A stretch of 64,000 bases of DNA from an uncultured Bacilli bacterium. Lineage in GTDB: Bacteria > Bacillota_I > Bacilli_A > RF39 > UBA660. Under the pieces are notes generated by a model. The model searched no databases. It was not told the origin of the DNA and was given only the letters and a program-made list of their open reading frames with translations. Positions 60,096-64,000 of this stretch are shown one piece after another. The stretch spans positions 2,597 to 66,596 of the forward strand of contig CAKPMN010000001.1 of the NCBI GenBank assembly GCA_934168005.1. The letters are read 5' to 3'. The translations under genes were made by a program, and so were the position numbers. The first letter of the stretch is position 1. Each line of letters opens with the position of its first letter.

Positions 60096-61426
60096 AAGAA
60101 ATAGATTCATATTTGGAACTTTTAGAACTGAAAGGAAAAATAGAGAATGATATAAATACATGCGAACTATTTTTAAAGAAAATAGATCCAAATATTATTC
60201 AAACATTAAAACATATTAATGTATCTAAAATGATAAATTTATTTTCAATATTAAATGATCAAACTGATGTATTTGAGAATAATGCTTATTTTGGGCTTTG
60301 TGCACAAGTTATATTAGAGTCATATGAAAAAGATGTATTTTCATCTTTAAGTACAACTAATTTTACAGTTGATCAATTACTTTTTGATGGTGAAGATATG
60401 TTGCCTCAAGTAAAATTTTTCTTAAAAGTTATAAAAGATAATCTTCCACTTCTATTAGAAAAATTAAGAAAAAATTATAATTTATGTACTACTTCATTAA
60501 AATATGCAGAGGATATTAACAAAATAAAAGACAAAAATATTGCTCCAATAGAGTTATTTAATAGAGGAATTGAACTTTCTTTTGATGACGTCATAGGAGA
60601 TAAATCATTTTTTTCTAACTTGTATAGTTTACTTAAAAGTAATGAATGTGTAATTAATGATATTAAACAAGAAGTAAGTGAAATCCCAGTTTTAAGTTTA
60701 GAAGATAAGAAAATAAATGAATATAAAAAGAAATATGACTTAGATATTAGTGATGTATCTAGTTTTGAAGATATTATCTCTTTAGCTAAAGGACTTGGTA
60801 TTGATTTTTTTAAAAAATATTTATCAACTATTTTAGAAAATAAAAAATTATTTTTGGAAAATTATTCTATTTTAAAAAGAAAAAACATAGCTGATAGTTT
60901 AATATTAAGTGATTTAGAAGCTTTATTCTTACCTGATTTAGAAAAAAGATTGAATTTAATTGAACAATATTTTATACCTTATGAAGATTTATTCAAATTA
61001 TTTGATAAGCCTATTACTGATTTAAGTTACTTTAGAATTTTAGATTTATTAATAGAAAACGATTGTTTGGATATTAAAAATATTGCTAGTTTCTCAAGTT
61101 TAAAAATGAATACTTTAATATTTTATAGACTACAAGGAATAAAAAAAATGAACTTAAATGTAATACCATTTACAGAAGAAGAAATAAATGCTTATTTAGC
61201 AAGTAAATCAACAATGTTATCTAATTTAGAAGAATATAATAATAGTTCTTTATATGATGACTTTATGATTAATGGTTATACTCTAGAGTTTGATGGTATA
61301 AAAATATCTAGACCTAAAGTACTTAGAAATTTATCTCTTGGTATTGATGCTTTATTTGTTAATGAATTTTATAGAATGGATGAAATAGAAAGTATTAAGT
61401 CTTTTCTATGTAAGGAAAAACATTAG
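60077..61426 (+). CDS. Hypothetical cytoplasmic protein (449 aa)
   Basis: It overlaps the previous ORF by 19 nt and has the RBS GGGGGTGAGAAG; no recognisable motif. Confidence 0.45.
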   Translation: MAEVKIKEIDSYLELLELKGKIENDINTCELFLKKIDPNIIQTLKHINVSKMINLFSILNDQTDVFENNAYFGLCAQVILESYEKDVFSSLSTTNFTVDQLLFDGEDMLPQVKFFLKVIKDNLPLLLEKLRKNYNLCTTSLKYAEDINKIKDKNIAPIELFNRGIELSFDDVIGDKSFFSNLYSLLKSNECVINDIKQEVSEIPVLSLEDKKINEYKKKYDLDISDVSSFEDIISLAKGLGIDFFKKYLSTILENKKLFLENYSILKRKNIADSLILSDLEALFLPDLEKRLNLIEQYFIPYEDLFKLFDKPITDLSYFRILDLLIENDCLDIKNIASFSSLKMNTLIFYRLQGIKKMNLNVIPFTEEEINAYLASKSTMLSNLEEYNNSSLYDDFMINGYTLEFDGIKISRPKVLRNLSLGIDALFVNEFYRMDEIESIKSFLCKEKH

Positions 61427-61494
61427 TTTTTCTTTTTTTATTCTAACATTTTTTATAATTCATATAATTATGGTATAATAAAGTAGGTGATGGT

Positions 61495-62565
61495 ATGAGA
61501 GTAGTAGTAACAGCAGGTGGTACTGGTGGACATATATATCCAGCTTTAGCAATTATTCATAAAATAGAAAAGTTATATCCTGGAAGTGAATTTTTATATA
61601 TTGGTACTCATAACAGAATGGAAAAAGATATTATTCCATCTTTTGGTATTGAATATAAATCAATAGAAATATATGGCCTTAATAGAAAGAATATTTTTAA
61701 AAACTTTAAGGTTGTTAATTGTTTCTTTAAAAGTTTAAAAAGTATAAAGAAATACTTAAAGGAATTTAATCCAGATGTTGTAATAGGAGCTGGTGGGTAT
61801 GTAACAGGGCCTGTTATATATATGGCTTCATCGTTAGGATATAAGACATTTATTCATGAACAAAATTCTATTCCTGGGAAAGCTAATAAGTTTTTAAGTA
61901 AATATGTTACTAAAATAGGCGTTTCTTTTGAATCATCAATTAAGTATTTTCCAAAAGAAAAAACAGTGTTTACAGGAAATCCTTGTAGTGAGGAAGCTTT
62001 AGAAAAACAAGAGATAAAAAAATCTAAATATGGTATTTTAGATACAAGAAAATTAGTTTTATTTGTTATGGGCTCTCTTGGATCTGTTAAAATGAATAAT
62101 TTTTTAGTTGATTTTATGTCTAAAGTAAAAAATAAAAACTATGATGTTTTATTTGTAACAGGCAAGAATTATTATGAAGAGATGAGTAAGAAAAGTTTTC
62201 CTAAAAATGTTCATGTTACTCCTTACATAGAAAACATGCCAGGTTTACTTAAGAATGTAGATGTTATTGTATCTAGAGCAGGTGCTTCTACTTTAAGTGA
62301 AATAATTTCTCTTAAGGTTCCAAGCATATTGATACCATCTCCTTATGTAACTGATAATCATCAATATAAAAATGCACTTGATTTGGTCAATAAAAATGCT
62401 GCTTACATGATAGAAGAAAAAGATTTAAATAAAGAAACATTGCTTTCTTTTATAGATAAAGCAATAGAAAATAGTGATGCTTTAAAAAATAATTTAACAT
62501 CACTTCAAGTATTAGACTCTGCTAGTAGAATTGTTTCTATTATTTCTTCAATGGTTGGTGAATAA
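61495..62565 (+). CDS. murG: UDP-N-acetylglucosamine--N-acetylmuramyl-(pentapeptide) pyrophosphoryl-undecaprenol N-acetylglucosamine transferase
   Basis: The N-terminus VVVTAGGTGGHIYPALAI (the MurG glycine-rich loop) and the C-terminal GT28 domain. Confidence 0.9.
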   Translation: MRVVVTAGGTGGHIYPALAIIHKIEKLYPGSEFLYIGTHNRMEKDIIPSFGIEYKSIEIYGLNRKNIFKNFKVVNCFFKSLKSIKKYLKEFNPDVVIGAGGYVTGPVIYMASSLGYKTFIHEQNSIPGKANKFLSKYVTKIGVSFESSIKYFPKEKTVFTGNPCSEEALEKQEIKKSKYGILDTRKLVLFVMGSLGSVKMNNFLVDFMSKVKNKNYDVLFVTGKNYYEEMSKKSFPKNVHVTPYIENMPGLLKNVDVIVSRAGASTLSEIISLKVPSILIPSPYVTDNHQYKNALDLVNKNAAYMIEEKDLNKETLLSFIDKAIENSDALKNNLTSLQVLDSASRIVSIISSMVGE

Positions 62566-62566
62566 T

Positions 62567-63454
62567 ATGTTTAATGAATTAAAAAAATTACGAGTTGGTA
62601 ATGTATATCTTGACGTTTTATATAAAGATATTTCAACATATAAGCTTGATGGTAAGGTAAAATATCTAGTCGATGTTGATAGTACAGAATGTTTGATAAA
62701 ATTAATAAAATTTTTAAGAGAAAAGAATGTTAAATATAAGGTAATTGGAGGAGCTTCTAATTTAATTTTTAAAGATTTAGTTTATGATGGTGTTTTTATA
62801 AGGCTTAAAGGCTTAGACAAAATAGAGATAACTGATAATCAAATAAAAGTTGGAAGTGGAGTTTCTTTAATGAAGGTAGCTTTAAAAACTTGCAATCTAG
62901 GTTTTACAGGTCTTGAGTTTGCAACTGGTATACCTGGTAGTGTAGGAGGAGCTATTTATAATAATGCTGGTGCATATAAAAGTGATATGGGATATGTTGT
63001 ATATTCTGTTGTTGTTTTAACTCCAGATCTCGAAGTTAAAGTTATGAAGAATAAAGAATTAAATTATCATTATCGTGATTCATTCTTTAAACATAATGAC
63101 TCTTATGTTATATTGGAAGCTAAAATGTTACTTAAAAGAGGAAATAAAGAAAAAATTTTAGAGGTAATACGAGATAGAAAAGATAGAAGAATTCTATCAC
63201 AACCTTTAGAATATCCATCTGCTGGCTCAGTATTTAGAAATCCTGACAATATACCAGCTGGAAAGATAATTGAAGATATTGGTTTTAAAGGTAAGAATGT
63301 TGGAGATGCTTATGTATCAGAAAAACATGCCAATTTTATTATTAACAAAGGTAAAGCAAAAGGAATTGATGTTATTGCTTTAACGGATATGATAAAAAAA
63401 GAAGTAAAAGAAAAATATGATATAGATTTAATTATGGAACAGGAAATAGTATAA
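62567..63454 (+). CDS. murB: UDP-N-acetylenolpyruvoylglucosamine reductase
   Basis: The FAD-binding domain (IGGASNLIF), GTGLEFATGIPGSVGGAIYNNAGAY and the C-terminal SAGSVFRNP...HANFIIN. The start is ATG 62567. Confidence 0.9.
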   Translation: MFNELKKLRVGNVYLDVLYKDISTYKLDGKVKYLVDVDSTECLIKLIKFLREKNVKYKVIGGASNLIFKDLVYDGVFIRLKGLDKIEITDNQIKVGSGVSLMKVALKTCNLGFTGLEFATGIPGSVGGAIYNNAGAYKSDMGYVVYSVVVLTPDLEVKVMKNKELNYHYRDSFFKHNDSYVILEAKMLLKRGNKEKILEVIRDRKDRRILSQPLEYPSAGSVFRNPDNIPAGKIIEDIGFKGKNVGDAYVSEKHANFIINKGKAKGIDVIALTDMIKKEVKEKYDIDLIMEQEIV

Positions 63455-63455
63455 T

Positions 63456-64000
63456 ATGAAAAAAAAGAAGCAACAGAAAAAGAATATAAAAAGTAATACA
63501 AGATATGGTAGAAATTATAAGACTAAAAAGGTAAAAGTTAAAAGAATCAGATTTAAAAGAGTAATAGTAGCTATATTTATTTTACTAATTATTATATTTA
63601 CAATAAAATGTATTATGTCTATTCCTATAACTAATATTTATGTTTCTGGCAATAAAATACTTTCAGATCAAGAAATAATAGAACTTTCTTCTTTAGAAAA
63701 ATATCCTTCTTTTACTTCATTTACAACACGAGGTTTAAAGAAAAAATTAGAGAAAAACACTTACATAAAATCGGCTAGTGTAAGAAGAAAGTTACTTGAA
63801 GTATATATATCTATAGAAGAAAATAGACCGTTAATATATTTGGATGAGGAAGAAAAAACTGTTTTACTCGATAAAACTAAAGTTGATTATAAATATGATG
63901 TTCCTGTTGTCTTAAATTATATTCCTGATACTTTATATGATAAGTTTTTAGTTAAACTATCTTCATTGGATGATGATATATTTAATAGAATATCTGAGGT
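63456..64000 (+). CDS. divIB: Cell-division protein DivIB/FtsQ-like; the 3' end lies beyond the window
   Basis: The ATG lies 1 nt after the murB stop, and the frame stays open to the window end. It has a Lys-rich N-terminus, the TM segment VIVAIFILLIIIFTI, then a POTRA-like region (ITNIYVSGNKILSDQEIIELSSL). It follows murG-murB as divIB does in Bacillus. Confidence 0.7.
   Translation, partial: MKKKKQQKKNIKSNTRYGRNYKTKKVKVKRIRFKRVIVAIFILLIIIFTIKCIMSIPITNIYVSGNKILSDQEIIELSSLEKYPSFTSFTTRGLKKKLEKNTYIKSASVRRKLLEVYISIEENRPLIYLDEEEKTVLLDKTKVDYKYDVPVVLNYIPDTLYDKFLVKLSSLDDDIFNRISE

Noticed and set aside
1-64000. An alternative genetic code (UGA read as Trp, Mollicutes-like), considered because of the very low GC and the rplL-ybxB-rpoB type order.
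   Set aside because: TGA terminates ireB at 18860-18862 and Trp positions are encoded by TGG in conserved proteins such as NusG WYVV and RpoB/RpoC. The window also contains sporulation, peptidoglycan (murG, murB, mltG, M23 peptidase) and LCP genes, which are incompatible with Mollicutes. The standard bacterial code applies.

Overview
This 64-kb window comes from a very AT-rich (about 27-30% GC), low-GC Gram-positive bacterium (Bacillota). Gene order resembles Bacillus, and translation looks like code 11: TGA ends ireB at 18860-18862 and Trp is encoded by TGG. Most of the window is conserved core genome on the + strand. That core includes pheT (3' part), spoIIP-yqxA-lepA-hemW, ireB-ruvX-DUF1292-mltG-yrrM, obg, truB, a cysteine desulfurase, secE-nusG-rplK-rplA-rplJ-rplL-ybxB-rpoB-rpoC, rnjA, an LCP protein and murG-murB-divIB. 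Several accessory units interrupt it. The one I rate highest is an autonomous 4.5-kb gene (21667-26160). It encodes a 1,497-aa membrane-anchored protein made of four tandem copies of a glycine-rich module. From memory, the motif order of each module matches the polyglycine-II 'glycine-rich domain' of the vertebrate ALK/LTK receptor ectodomains (Pfam Gly_rich, PF12810). A 29-codon leader ORF ends inside a hairpin that sequesters this gene's ribosome-binding site, and a translationally coupled membrane-anchored partner gene follows it. Other candidates are (a) a six-gene unit (34091-38063) of a small secreted protein, three ABC-2-type permeases, an ABC ATPase and an anchored protein, placed just upstream of secE; (b) two tandem fused ATPase/permease ABC genes carrying a roughly 716-bp direct repeat that differs at only three positions; (c) two overlapping genes with no recognisable motifs immediately upstream of murG; (d) a membrane-anchored HExxH protein; and (e) a thioredoxin-like gene plus a thioredoxin-CcdA fusion gene. 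No rRNA, tRNA, CRISPR array or transposase was recognisable. All calls rest on reading motifs by eye; no database searches were run.
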